The translations under genes and the position numbers were made by a program. This document shows, one piece after another, positions 10,063-19,456 of a stretch of DNA of 28,798 bases; the first letter of the stretch is position 1, and every line of letters begins with the position of its first letter. Under the pieces are notes generated by a model, which worked only from the letters and a program-made list of their open reading frames with translations, made no database searches and was not told where the DNA came from. Location of the stretch: positions 1 through 28,798 of the IMG/VR virus record IMGVR_UViG_3300022666_000118; one strand, written 5' to 3'. The stretch comes from a virus. Lineage: Duplodnaviria; Caudoviricetes.

Positions 10063-10485
10063 TCAATATCCAACCTGGATAACAGTATTGACCTGGGTGG
10101 GCGGCAGATGGCGCCCCTTGCCCAGGATGAACGCTACAGCCACAAGGCCGCCGTCCGCGCTGCCGGCAGTCGCCACGGCGCGCACATAGCGCTCGACCTC
10201 TGACAGATTGACATCCATCAGGTAGGGTTCTCCGTCGCCAGCGGCGAGGATTGCGCCGGTCGTTGCCCCAGTGATATCTGCCCAATCAGAATTGTTGGCG
10301 GAATCCTGGAGCTTCACCGTCAGCGATTTGTTCGCAGCGTCAACGATCGCACCGATCTCGATGTCGACCAGCAGCGTTTCATACCCGGAGCAGTCTACGC
10401 TACTGCCGTTCACGCTGCCAGATGCAATCGCCTGCGGTGCGACGACCTGCTTAACCAAGAAATTTTCTGATAAGTTACCGTACAT
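10063..10485 (-). CDS. Head decoration/cement protein
   Basis: 140 aa right after the capsid gene; NG..VD..GY, LQDS.....W.DI and RYVR motifs. Confidence 0.7.
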   Translation of the reverse strand: MYGNLSENFLVKQVVAPQAIASGSVNGSSVDCSGYETLLVDIEIGAIVDAANKSLTVKLQDSANNSDWADITGATTGAILAAGDGEPYLMDVNLSEVERYVRAVATAGSADGGLVAVAFILGKGRHLPPTQVNTVIQVGY

Positions 10486-10496
10486 GCATCACCTCG

Positions 10497-12545
10497 TTAC
10501 GATGCCGCAATTTCCATCACGGCAAACTTCCATTCTTCGCCGACCTGCCCGCCCAGCCTGCGGCGGAAGATCATCCGCACCAAATCCTGCTCTGCCAGCG
10601 TTGTCTCGTCGCGCACCAGCGACATGCCAATACGATCGGCGATCTTGTAGCCTGTCCGGTCGCCAAACACCACCGGGAAAGCGCCGGAACCGACATCCGG
10701 CATCGCTTCATCGTATGCAACCGGATATCCCAACAGCCGATCCGGCTGGCCTTCCTGGAGCGATGGCTGCCAGAATTTGCGATGCTCTGCATCCTCCAGC
10801 AGCGCGATGGCGGCGGCGGTAGAGTCGTTCATCAGCCACACAGAGCGCGAACGATATTGCGCCGCCACTGCATGGCGCGTGCGGATCAGGCCGTCGACGG
10901 TGATGGCGGACGCGGACCCGGACGCAACCCGGGCCAGGCTGTGCTTGTTCGCGGAGCCAGGCAGAATCCCCTCCGGTTTTTTGATCCCGTCGCCGATCGT
11001 GAACTGAGTATCCTCATCCACGCCGAATTCCTGGCTGGCCCACTCGCTGATTTTATTGGTCAGCGGATAGGCCGAATCTTCCATGAGTGCCTTGGGGATA
11101 TACACGGTACACAGCACGATATGCACCGGCGTCTTCTCGATGCCAAACGTCGGGGCCGTTTTGGCCTGCCCATCGGTTGGACTGTCGCCAACCCAGGTCA
11201 CGCGCATTGCAGACACATGGCGCTTATCGCCGCCGGTCACTTTCAGCCGGGTCATCACGTCGCGGGATGTCGGCGCAGCATCAGCCCCGGGGCGAATCGC
11301 AGTCATACCAGGCAGGCGCTCCAGCATATCCAGGCGCACGTCCTCGGGCACCATGTACCCGCCCAGACTCTCGACGGCCTCATTGAGATCCGCGCGCAGA
11401 GCGGACACGTCCACGCCCTCCAGGATGGCGCTCTTGAGCTGGCCCGGAGTCAGCACCACCATGCGCAGCGCACGCTGGCCGGCAGCGTCCAGACGATCGG
11501 GGCCGAACCGCAGCATCCGGCCGAATGCCTGGTGCTGCTCGTGGCGTACGACCTGGTAGCGATCGACGCCATACAGGTCATTGGACACCGCACGAACTGC
11601 GGGCTCCAGTTCGCCGAAGCGCAACATGGCAGCAGCACGCAACGGCTCAGCTGCCGGCTGGCCGCCTTGATTTCCGCCCTGATTGCCCACCGGAGCGAAC
11701 TGGTACGGTGGCCGGGCTGCCCGGGCTGCCGGGGCGCTATCTGCTTGCGAAATACCCAATTGCTGCATGGCCGAAGTGATTGCAGCAGCCAACTGCTGAT
11801 TATTCGCCGCCCTCATGCCCTCGCCTTCGGCCGGCGCCGTTTCGCCATTCTCCTGGTTCGCCTGCGGCGCTGCGCCGGTGAGGCCAACCAGTTCCAGGAT
11901 GGCGCCGATCTGAGCGTACTGTTCATCGGTCAGACCGGGTACAAGTTGCTTGATCTTTTCGAGCAAATTCATGTGTTCATCTCCTTGCAAAACTGAAACG
12001 GCCCTGAGCCATGCCGGCCCGCTACGCCCCGGCGCCCAAAACGCACGATCAAGACCGATTAACGACCGTAACGACACAACAGGCAGCGACCGCAGCGGTT
12101 GCACAACGGTGCGCGGCTCCATTGGCGTGGGGGTCAGCGACCCCTCAACGATTGGCCAGGTGGTAATTTCCCCGCTTGATTTTTGCTCAACCATGTGCGG
12201 CGCAGATCCGGACGACAAGCCCAGCTTGCCGGCCTGGGACAGCAGAAATATTGCGCGCTCGTATGCATCTCGCATATCCAATTGGGTTTCGACCCACAGC
12301 CCGACGCTGTCGAGGCCTTTGCGCTCCCATCCGGCGCCCAGCGATCTGCGCCCGATCTCTGGATCCAAACCGTGATGGTAGAGCACCGGGCGCCGTTCTG
12401 CGCCGCTCCAGTAGAACTTTGTGCTGGGGGTAAAAAATGTGTTCGCCAGATCTTCGCCTCCAAACACCACCAGGTGACCGCCAATGCGGCCCGCTCCAGT
12501 GGCCTTCAGCGCCCCGCCAAACGACACAAATAAATCATCGGCCAT
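10497..12545 (-). CDS. Prohead protease - HK97-fold major capsid protein fusion
   Basis: N-terminal protease motifs (LYHHG, GLWVE, GLSSGS, EGSLTPTP.EP); C-terminal MCP motifs (GGYMVP, GDG..KPEGI, WLMN, LLGYPV, FGD, R..G.V). ATG 12545 follows AAGGAG; a second AAGGAG-N8-ATG lies in frame at 11972. Confidence 0.93.
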   Translation of the reverse strand: MADDLFVSFGGALKATGAGRIGGHLVVFGGEDLANTFFTPSTKFYWSGAERRPVLYHHGLDPEIGRRSLGAGWERKGLDSVGLWVETQLDMRDAYERAIFLLSQAGKLGLSSGSAPHMVEQKSSGEITTWPIVEGSLTPTPMEPRTVVQPLRSLPVVSLRSLIGLDRAFWAPGRSGPAWLRAVSVLQGDEHMNLLEKIKQLVPGLTDEQYAQIGAILELVGLTGAAPQANQENGETAPAEGEGMRAANNQQLAAAITSAMQQLGISQADSAPAARAARPPYQFAPVGNQGGNQGGQPAAEPLRAAAMLRFGELEPAVRAVSNDLYGVDRYQVVRHEQHQAFGRMLRFGPDRLDAAGQRALRMVVLTPGQLKSAILEGVDVSALRADLNEAVESLGGYMVPEDVRLDMLERLPGMTAIRPGADAAPTSRDVMTRLKVTGGDKRHVSAMRVTWVGDSPTDGQAKTAPTFGIEKTPVHIVLCTVYIPKALMEDSAYPLTNKISEWASQEFGVDEDTQFTIGDGIKKPEGILPGSANKHSLARVASGSASAITVDGLIRTRHAVAAQYRSRSVWLMNDSTAAAIALLEDAEHRKFWQPSLQEGQPDRLLGYPVAYDEAMPDVGSGAFPVVFGDRTGYKIADRIGMSLVRDETTLAEQDLVRMIFRRRLGGQVGEEWKFAVMEIAAS

Positions 12546-12547
12546 AC

Positions 12548-13168
12548 TCACTCCTTAATCGCGTTGGTAATATCAATCATGGCGTCATGGAAGATCTCGT
12601 TGATTTGATCTTCCAGTTCATCCATGATTTGCTGGAGCGATCTCCAGCCACGGCGTCCATGCGCGCGCCATTGGCGCCGACCCTGTACGACATCCGCATA
12701 GGATGCTTTTGTCCCGACCGCACCCTCGACGCCCGAATCGCTTTTCTGCGTCTCAACCGTCCAGGATTTTCCGAGCGCCTCGGACGATGGCCGCAGTTTA
12801 TACCCGACCACCTTTGAATAGCCGCGCTTGGCTTTAATAACCCTGCGCGTGGATCCAAACACCGGCTTGTCCCGACTCCCCTCTTCGTACCCGGCCAATG
12901 TCCCCCACTTGCGCAGCGTTTCGCTTTGCATCAACGGATACCACCACCCGCGGCCGCGCTCGTAATACCCCATTGGTCGCCGCGTCCGCAGCGAGAACCT
13001 GCCTGGCTGGTTCGCTTCGCTGGCCGGTGGATACGATGCCACCTCACTCTGGATCAGCCGCAGCGCAGCCAGCATATACCGGTCAAAGATCGGCATGGCC
13101 ACGTCCGGCGCCGCGTCCAATGCTGCCAGCAGTTCGTCGAATCCGTCCAGGATCAAAACATCGCTCAC
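12548..13168 (-). CDS. HK97 gp10-like neck/morphogenesis protein
   Basis: GTG 13168 after GAGGT; I.G.DEL...L N-terminus, L..SW and VGT...YA..V motifs. Confidence 0.65.
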   Translation of the reverse strand: MSDVLILDGFDELLAALDAAPDVAMPIFDRYMLAALRLIQSEVASYPPASEANQPGRFSLRTRRPMGYYERGRGWWYPLMQSETLRKWGTLAGYEEGSRDKPVFGSTRRVIKAKRGYSKVVGYKLRPSSEALGKSWTVETQKSDSGVEGAVGTKASYADVVQGRRQWRAHGRRGWRSLQQIMDELEDQINEIFHDAMIDITNAIKE

Positions 13169-13183
13169 ACATACCTCGCAAAT

Positions 13184-13245
13184 AAAAAAAACGGCGCTCG
13201 GAAAACGCAGCACGTTCTTACGTGCCTTGCGCTTTCCGAGCGCCG
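13184..13245 (-). terminator. Intrinsic terminator upstream of head/tail genes
   Basis: CGGCGCTCGGAAAGCGCA...TGCGTTTTCCGAGCGCCG followed by T8 on the minus strand. Confidence 0.88.
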
Positions 13246-13347
13246 CTGTACACAGCCTGTTGCGCCCGCTCCCGCTCTGGCCCTTTTTGCTGCGCCGGCC
13301 TTCCGAACGCCGCTATCCTGACCAGATTAGATTCCAGCTATAAAAAG

Positions 13348-13375
13348 ATTTTAGCACATTATCCCAGCTTTGCAA
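13348..13375 (-). promoter_or_regulatory. Sigma70-type promoter (internal late promoter)
   Basis: TTGCAA-N16-TAAAAT with an extended TG, overlapping the 3' end of the 89-aa ORF. Confidence 0.6.
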
Positions 13376-13628
13376 TCACCTGTTTATTCTGCTCCCTGAG
13401 AGCCAACAATCGATTGTACTCTGCCCGCTGTTCTGGCGTCATTGCTTCATCGCGGATTTTATCTAGCAGCGCCAGCGTTGTCGGGACGGTATCCACCACA
13501 AAACAGATTTGATCCAGCGAATCCCACTGGTCAATATTTTGGACAGCGTCAGGCAGCAGGACATCAAAAAAAACTCGCACACTCTCAAGAAAATCTGCGA
13601 CCATCGATTCGGTAATCAACGCAACCAC
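13359..13628 (-). CDS. Candidate immunity protein for the MuF toxin
   Basis: 89 aa, acidic and helical, overlaps the MuF stop, visibly AT-richer than the structural genes. Confidence 0.6.
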   Translation of the reverse strand: MVALITESMVADFLESVRVFFDVLLPDAVQNIDQWDSLDQICFVVDTVPTTLALLDKIRDEAMTPEQRAEYNRLLALREQNKQVIAKLG

Positions 13629-14704
13629 CTTTGATTCGTGCCCAAATTCAGATTAGTAAAATCGCTGAACTGATACCCTGAAACGATCATACCATGATCG
13701 GCAGAATATACAACAATCATATTTTTTTCTGAGCCTTTCTCTGTATACGGACTCGATCCGATGAACGCGACCATATTTCCGCCCCTGCGCTCGTACAACA
13801 GCATTTTAACATCGTCTCGTTTGGCGAATGTTTGCAGGTCGTTTAAATACGATTCCGGGCTGGTGGTGATTGGCCACTGGCGTTGCTGGATACGTTTTGC
13901 CAGATGGATGTAGATCGACTGATCACGTTCGCCGATCACATGGCCACCAGGTAGCTGCGTTCCAGTCAGATCGGATGGCACATTTGCTTCTTTACGATAG
14001 AATGGCGCATTGGCGGCGCGGTTCTGTATCATAACAGCATCCTCGATAGATGGTGTTCTGCTGCCGGCGACGATCTGCCGGATGCGCCGATCTATCAAGT
14101 TAAGATTGCGCCTCTTCTCGTTATTCGCCGTTATATTGGATCTGTCTACTACTGGCGTTACCCAACAGCGGCAGTTTGGATGTGCCGGCGGCTTGGTGAC
14201 ATCCTGGCCACGCACAGACACAAACGGCTGGCCAATCCTGCGCACCTGGTTGTTTAATCGACCGCAAATCGGGCACACCAGTTCATCGCGGTTGGTGCGC
14301 CAGCGCCATTCTGTGATCCCTTCGGATTGATACGCCATCTCTTCGCCGCTCGAATAGGCCCTGGTAATCTCCGTCGTAGCAATCACACTGGCGCGCTTCG
14401 GCCCAAAGTATGGCGTCAGGCTGGCTTGCAGATCCCCGATTGTCCCCCCGGGTTTGCTGATCCAGTCGTCCAGCGCCTGGCCAACCACACGCTCATTGGT
14501 TGTGCCCAGCGTACGCAGCAGATCGTCGGTGTACTGCCTGGCCCATAGCGCAGCCTGTGCATTTGCCAGGTCTGGGTCGAACACAAACCTGGCCTTATCG
14601 GACGCCTGGCGCATGGCGTCCACTGTAGCCCGCGTCAGAATGGGCAGCAGCACAGCCTCCAGTCTGCGGCGCTCTGCCTCCCAGAATTCAGCCGGCAGCC
14701 GCAT
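13616..14704 (-). CDS. MuF (Mu gpF / SPP1 gp7) minor head protein with C-terminal toxin-like extension
   Basis: RA..IA.TE..RA, W.T..D..VCP.C and PPAHPNCRC motifs, then about 175 additional residues. Confidence 0.88.
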   Translation of the reverse strand: MRLPAEFWEAERRRLEAVLLPILTRATVDAMRQASDKARFVFDPDLANAQAALWARQYTDDLLRTLGTTNERVVGQALDDWISKPGGTIGDLQASLTPYFGPKRASVIATTEITRAYSSGEEMAYQSEGITEWRWRTNRDELVCPICGRLNNQVRRIGQPFVSVRGQDVTKPPAHPNCRCWVTPVVDRSNITANNEKRRNLNLIDRRIRQIVAGSRTPSIEDAVMIQNRAANAPFYRKEANVPSDLTGTQLPGGHVIGERDQSIYIHLAKRIQQRQWPITTSPESYLNDLQTFAKRDDVKMLLYERRGGNMVAFIGSSPYTEKGSEKNMIVVYSADHGMIVSGYQFSDFTNLNLGTNQRWLR

Positions 14705-16304
14705 CGACGCCCTCCGTAACGCGGTCCAATAGACCGGACAAATAATCCTCTAGCGCAGCCTGTAATTCAGACTGAGATTTGGATTTCTCTTCCGTATGCG
14801 GATCGTCGCCGCTCAAGACGCCATCGAAAATTGCTTTGACAGCATCCAGAGATTGCGCGCTGGCCAGGGCGGTCTCGATCCTGGATCGCACCGCGGCGGG
14901 GATATGGTCGCTGACGAAGGTCGCTGCTGCATCTCCCGACCGGCTCCAGCGCCGGACGGCCTTATCGCGCCATAGGCGGATATCTGATAGCGCCGCAGCC
15001 TGTAACGCCGGGTATCCCGCGGCCGGCCCAACCAGGGACGCCGGCTGAACGCCGAAAATCCCGCCAATGCCGGCCGCAGCCGCTGGCTGTCTGCCCGCCG
15101 GCGATTTCCCCGCGCCGTCAGGTAATGCCGGCAGTTGCCAGTAGCGCTGGCGCACCTCATCAACCGTGAGATACGGCCCGGCCTGGGAAACCTCTTGCAA
15201 TTCCATTGCCCGATTGGTTACCCGGATGTCCTTGAACGCTGCTTCCTGGTTGCGACCGTACCGCGGTACAACCCATTGCGCCGTTAGTTGCTCCGCCAGC
15301 AGGCACAGCAGTGGCCAGATGGTTTTATCCTTAAAGTTCTTTTCTGCCACCGTTGCGTTGGCCTCGGTGGCGTTCTTGTCCATCATTCCACCTGGTATGC
15401 CATAGATCACAAAGATTTCATCCTTCGTGAACTGCCTGCCGGCGAGGAAATCCATGTCCTTCGGATTCCAACCGAGCAATACCGCGCTGATTGCATCACC
15501 GGCGGTCACCAGCGTACGCCGGCCAATGGCGCCATATTCGGCTCGCAAGTCTTGTTTCAGCATTTCGATATCGGCCCGGGCGCCCTCCGGGTCGCCGGCC
15601 TCATCCGACTTGATATTGATAATCGCGCTGGGCATGACGTTGTCACGACCGAAGAACGCTCCATTCCATACCGCCATTGCAGTGTCCGAATCGCTGGGCA
15701 GCATGGCGGCGACCAGCGGGGATAACCCCCGGAAAATATCAAACGGATTCGGCAGCATGAAGTGAATCACGTTCTCGGCCGGAATATGGTATTCGCGGCC
15801 GTTCACGGTATACCGGAAATAATCCACAAACCGGTCTCCATCGCCAGGCATGACCTCAACATCTCTCGATGGCAGCGGCCAGATCTCGACCACATTACCG
15901 CCAACGTCTACCAGCGTAAACCAGTAGGCGTCTCCGGACAATTCCAGCCACATGGCCGTATATTGCCAGAGGAACGATCTACCGATATACGGATTCGGCC
16001 GGCGCAGCACGCGCTCAACTGGATGGTTACGCACGGCGACCGGGTCAGAATCGGCGTCAGATTGCTCGATCACGCCCAATTCCGCCGCGCTGATCTCCCG
16101 CGCAATCATCTGCACAGCAGCATACACCCAACTGTTCTGCATTGCCCGGCGCTGAGCGCCGCGGCTGGTGCTGTCTCCACCAGTCCATTTCGAACTCTCG
16201 GCCCAGCCGCCCAGGAATCCGGGCCGTCGCGGCCCGGCGACGCCGCGCTGAAACGACGCCAACGTTTTACCAAACTTAAATGCGACATCCTCAATCCAGC
16301 TCAT
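14688..16304 (-). CDS. Portal protein (HK97 family)
   Basis: WVYAAV..IA, HP...L..PNP, L.L.G.AYW, GLSPL, DM.F, I...YG.P motifs; follows TerL. Confidence 0.95.
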   Translation of the reverse strand: MSWIEDVAFKFGKTLASFQRGVAGPRRPGFLGGWAESSKWTGGDSTSRGAQRRAMQNSWVYAAVQMIAREISAAELGVIEQSDADSDPVAVRNHPVERVLRRPNPYIGRSFLWQYTAMWLELSGDAYWFTLVDVGGNVVEIWPLPSRDVEVMPGDGDRFVDYFRYTVNGREYHIPAENVIHFMLPNPFDIFRGLSPLVAAMLPSDSDTAMAVWNGAFFGRDNVMPSAIINIKSDEAGDPEGARADIEMLKQDLRAEYGAIGRRTLVTAGDAISAVLLGWNPKDMDFLAGRQFTKDEIFVIYGIPGGMMDKNATEANATVAEKNFKDKTIWPLLCLLAEQLTAQWVVPRYGRNQEAAFKDIRVTNRAMELQEVSQAGPYLTVDEVRQRYWQLPALPDGAGKSPAGRQPAAAAGIGGIFGVQPASLVGPAAGYPALQAAALSDIRLWRDKAVRRWSRSGDAAATFVSDHIPAAVRSRIETALASAQSLDAVKAIFDGVLSGDDPHTEEKSKSQSELQAALEDYLSGLLDRVTEGVDAAAG

Positions 16305-16315
16305 ATTTACCTGCC

Positions 16316-17609
16316 TTATGCCATGCCGGAGTACAGCCGCCGACCGCTGCGTACCCGGTTCAGCCATCCGATGATATACCGTTCTGCATCCAGGAAATGA
16401 TACATCTCCTTATCCTCGATGCCCTCTATGGGCTCGCCGCCGGCGTCCAGCGGCCGGCTGTAAGACGCCTTCTGCGCCAGGTAGCCGGCGCAATCCGAGA
16501 AAACCATGATCTCGTTGCGTGTGTGCGCCCCGTAAACCCGATTGATCCCGACCTCCACGTCGGGTTGGTCGGGCTTGCGAACCGGTAAACCCGCCCGGGC
16601 GAACTCCAGCCGCCATTGACCCTCGGAGGCGGCGCCACCAACGCAAAACGGTCTGCCGGGTTCTCCCTTCAGCAGCGCAGCGGCATGCTCTGCTGCCGTC
16701 CGGTTGCCCGCCAGATATTCCCGATACAGATACAGCCGGTTTGTGCCAGGCTCCGCCGCAAAAAACACGCCGGCAGTATTGACTCCGCCAAAATCCAGAC
16801 CCAGGTACCGGTTCCACTCTGGCGGTATATCGAAGCGCGGACAGGTATGCATCTCCGGCGAGAACGAATCGTAGATCAGGCCGGCCGGCCTCGCGAACTG
16901 CGCCAGATAAAAAAGCTGAAACTTCCACGGCGGCAACTCGCGCCGCGCTCGCTCGAACTCCGCCCGCGGAAAACGCGGGTTCATCGTCGATGCAAAGCTG
17001 ATCACCTCGATATCCTGGCTGACGCCGGCCCGCCAGGGGTCGTATATACGCTGCTTCAACCAGCCCAGATCGTATGGCGTCGTGGTGATCAGCGTACGGC
17101 CCTGATAAATGCTCAAACGACGCTGAATCGCTTCCCAGGATCCCAGCTGGAACTTGCGCTGTCCTGCTTCGTCCAGCCAGGCGGCTTTGGCCGTCGCGCT
17201 CTCCAGGCTGTCCGGATCCTGCGCATGGCCGAAAAAACACGGTGGTGGGGGTGACTCCGTCCCACCGGTCGCCGAACATGCGGCTACTGCCGTCCCGCGA
17301 GAAAACAAACTTCCGTACTGGCGATGACACATAGCGCCCCAGTTGCAGACGATCTTCAAACAGCCTGCGGAACTCTGGCAATGCCTTCAGCTCCAACAAC
17401 GGGAAGGTCGGCGTCACCACCAGGTAATCGCCCGGGCCACGCAGCTGCACCTCGCGCCATAACCAGACCGGCCCGAACGTCGTTTTCCCCCCCTGCGTGC
17501 CGCTCAGAATGGCCACGAACCTGGCCTGCGACTGCCAGGCGCGCCACTGGCCAGGGTGCAAATAGAACCGCAGCTTGCCGGCCTGCGTAATCTCGACCAG
17601 GTCATGCAT
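16316..17609 (-). CDS. terL: Terminase large subunit, split by one extra base in a T6 run (17232-17237)
   Basis: Walker A (SGTQGGKT) is in ORF 16410..17642; Walker B (WLDEAG), TTTP, GLDFG and H.LDA.RY are in ORF 16316..17359; removing one T gives ...TTVFFGHAQDPD... and a 430-aa protein. Confidence 0.92.
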
Positions 17610-18120
17610 CGCCGCCATCCTCCACGCTCTCCGGTTTAACAATCTCGATGCCGATCACCGGAACAGGCTTTCCGCCCGCCCCGCTGAGCTCCCGCCGTTC
17701 CAGCAGCAGACCGTGGTTCTTCGCCAGCAGTTCCAGCGCCGCCTGCGCATCGTGGAATTCGAGCACTGGCCGACCGTCGCGAGTATACGAGATTTTTTTG
17801 ACCAGGTGACTGTGCTCCTTGAGATACGCCCAGTTGACGCCGGTCATGGTCACCGTACCATCGTCGCCGATCTCGTAGGTGAAAAACTCGGCCGGCGCCA
17901 GCCGGGCCTGAGCTGTCAACCGCTCGATAACCTCGTTTGCCGGCATAGCCCGCTCGGCCATGCGGGCCTCAATTGCAGCCCGAACACCAACATTAACCAA
18001 CATTCGCGGCCCCTGCACATCTGGGTGAGCATACCCAACCCGCCGCGCCGCCTCTGTGGCGTTCCAGGTTTCCAGGTATGCCTCGATGAACAACCGCTGG
18101 CGATTGGTCAGTTTAGCCAT
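17602..18120 (-). CDS. terS: Terminase small subunit
   Basis: LT.RQ..F...Y....NATEAA..GY and ALELLAK motifs; directly upstream of terL. Confidence 0.93.
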   Translation of the reverse strand: MAKLTNRQRLFIEAYLETWNATEAARRVGYAHPDVQGPRMLVNVGVRAAIEARMAERAMPANEVIERLTAQARLAPAEFFTYEIGDDGTVTMTGVNWAYLKEHSHLVKKISYTRDGRPVLEFHDAQAALELLAKNHGLLLERRELSGAGGKPVPVIGIEIVKPESVEDGGDA

Positions 18121-18538
18121 GCGACGCATCCTCTTCGCCATCCGGATGCCAGTTGTCCGGCTTCCACACCGGAGTTTCCTGAAGATCGGCGAGCTGCTCA
18201 ATCAATTGGTTGATGCCCCCCATCAGGTAATCGATGCGATTGGCGAAGCTGCGCAGCCGGCGATCCAGGCGCGCAATCCGCTTCTCCTGTTGTGCTACCC
18301 GATCGGTCAGCGCTGCGATTTGTTGGATCAGGCTCTGCACAGTATTGGTCTGCGCCGTGGCCAGCGTAGACGCCGCGCCAACGATCGCGCCGACTGCCTC
18401 GCCCTGCTCGTGATCGGCGACGGCTTCCACCTGGCGCACCTCAGCCGGCCGCTTACGCCAATCTCGCCAGACCAGCACAATCTGCAAGATGGCCAGGAGC
18501 GTCGGCGCGATATATGGGATGATAACGTCTGCATTCAT
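18113..18538 (-). CDS. Membrane-anchored coiled-coil protein (lysis cassette, holin/spanin-like)
   Basis: N-terminal TM segment followed by a long coiled coil; ATGA overlap with the upstream gene. Confidence 0.55.
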   Translation of the reverse strand: MNADVIIPYIAPTLLAILQIVLVWRDWRKRPAEVRQVEAVADHEQGEAVGAIVGAASTLATAQTNTVQSLIQQIAALTDRVAQQEKRIARLDRRLRSFANRIDYLMGGINQLIEQLADLQETPVWKPDNWHPDGEEDASHG

Positions 18539-18849
18539 AGGCACGTCCGGCAATCTTTCCCGGCGCAGTTTGCCGGGGCGTTGAAGAACGCCCCGGCTGC
18601 CAGAGAGAACAATAACGTCGTGATTGCCGGGCGCACATACATCTGACCGAACAGGATTGGGTCGCTGTCCAATACCATGCCCACAACAACCAGCAGATAC
18701 AGGCCGGCGACATATAACATCGCCAGTCCATTGGTCAGTTTGATCCAGCGCCAGCGTGATCTACAGCGCACGAAGTACCGCAGATTGAGCACAAACCCGG
18801 CCAGGCCCAGCGCTATATTTAACAGCGATAGAGCCGTGGCCAGTGTCAT
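18535..18849 (-). CDS. Small 3-TM membrane protein (holin-like)
   Basis: 104 aa with three hydrophobic segments. Confidence 0.55.
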   Translation of the reverse strand: MTLATALSLLNIALGLAGFVLNLRYFVRCRSRWRWIKLTNGLAMLYVAGLYLLVVVGMVLDSDPILFGQMYVRPAITTLLFSLAAGAFFNAPANCAGKDCRTCL

Positions 18850-19325
18850 TGTGAATACGATTTCCCGACCAGCGGAATACCACGCGCCAGCGAATGAGTT
18901 GCCTTGCTGCCGAACATTTGCAGCGCCCAGGCCATCGCCAGCGATGCGATTTGTACCAGACCGCTCACCTGACTATCGAGGGCCTGAATATCATACGATG
19001 GGCTGTACACTCGCAGCGCCAGCAGGCCGGCCAGCAGCAAAAGATTCAGGCCAGCGCTCCAATTCTGCGCCTGCCCATCCCGCACCAGGCCAAACGATTT
19101 CCCGATATTGACCAGGAGCGCGATCAACGCGCCGAAACCAAACAGACTGCCGGCCCGGGCAATCAGACCATCCAGACCGCCATCATTCGATGTTTCGGCC
19201 GAAACACCTGGCTGCTCTGGCGTTTCAGCCTGCGCCAGCGCCGGAACGACAAATGCAGACGCGAACACGACGACCAGTGAGAACACGGTCAACACGATAC
19301 AGGTACTGCGCAAAAAGCTCTTCAC
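18846..19325 (-). CDS. Multi-TM membrane protein (holin-like), first gene of the late operon
   Basis: GTG after AGGAGG; signal-peptide-like N-terminus (ALA-Q) and three TM segments; SK.TH...RG.P..GKS C-terminus. Confidence 0.6.
   Translation of the reverse strand: MKSFLRSTCIVLTVFSLVVVFASAFVVPALAQAETPEQPGVSAETSNDGGLDGLIARAGSLFGFGALIALLVNIGKSFGLVRDGQAQNWSAGLNLLLLAGLLALRVYSPSYDIQALDSQVSGLVQIASLAMAWALQMFGSKATHSLARGIPLVGKSYSQ
19191..19206. promoter_or_regulatory. parS-like palindrome 1 (TGTTTCGGCCGAAACA)
   Basis: Perfect 16-bp palindrome with parS-type TGTTTC/GAAACA arms. Confidence 0.65.
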
Positions 19326-19349
19326 AACAAACCTCCTGATGTGGAAAAC

Positions 19350-19397
19350 AAAAAACCCGGAGCAAACCCATCGTCATCAGATGAGTTATGCTCCGGG
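19350..19397 (-). terminator. Intrinsic terminator in the late-operon leader (tR'-like)
   Basis: CCCGGAGCA...TGCTCCGGG followed by TTTTTTGTTTT, just upstream of the first late RBS. Confidence 0.88.
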
Positions 19398-19427
19398 ATC
19401 TATGCCTCGCTGAGCGGATTTTCTTAG

Positions 19428-19456
19428 ATTATACGCTCATGCTGCGCGCCTTTCAA
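19428..19456 (-). promoter_or_regulatory. Late promoter (pR'-like)
   Basis: TTGAAA-N17-TATAAT overlapping the end of the 67-aa ORF. Confidence 0.8.

Noticed and set aside
10782-11996. Long plus-strand ORFs (e.g. 10782..11996, 24277..25584, 199..900, 5331..6122)
   Set aside because: Antisense shadows of GC-rich minus-strand genes; no RBS or protein motifs
16410-17230. C-terminal ~275 aa of ORF 16410..17642 as a real protein
   Set aside because: Out-of-frame read-through after the extra T; TerL motifs are in the other frame
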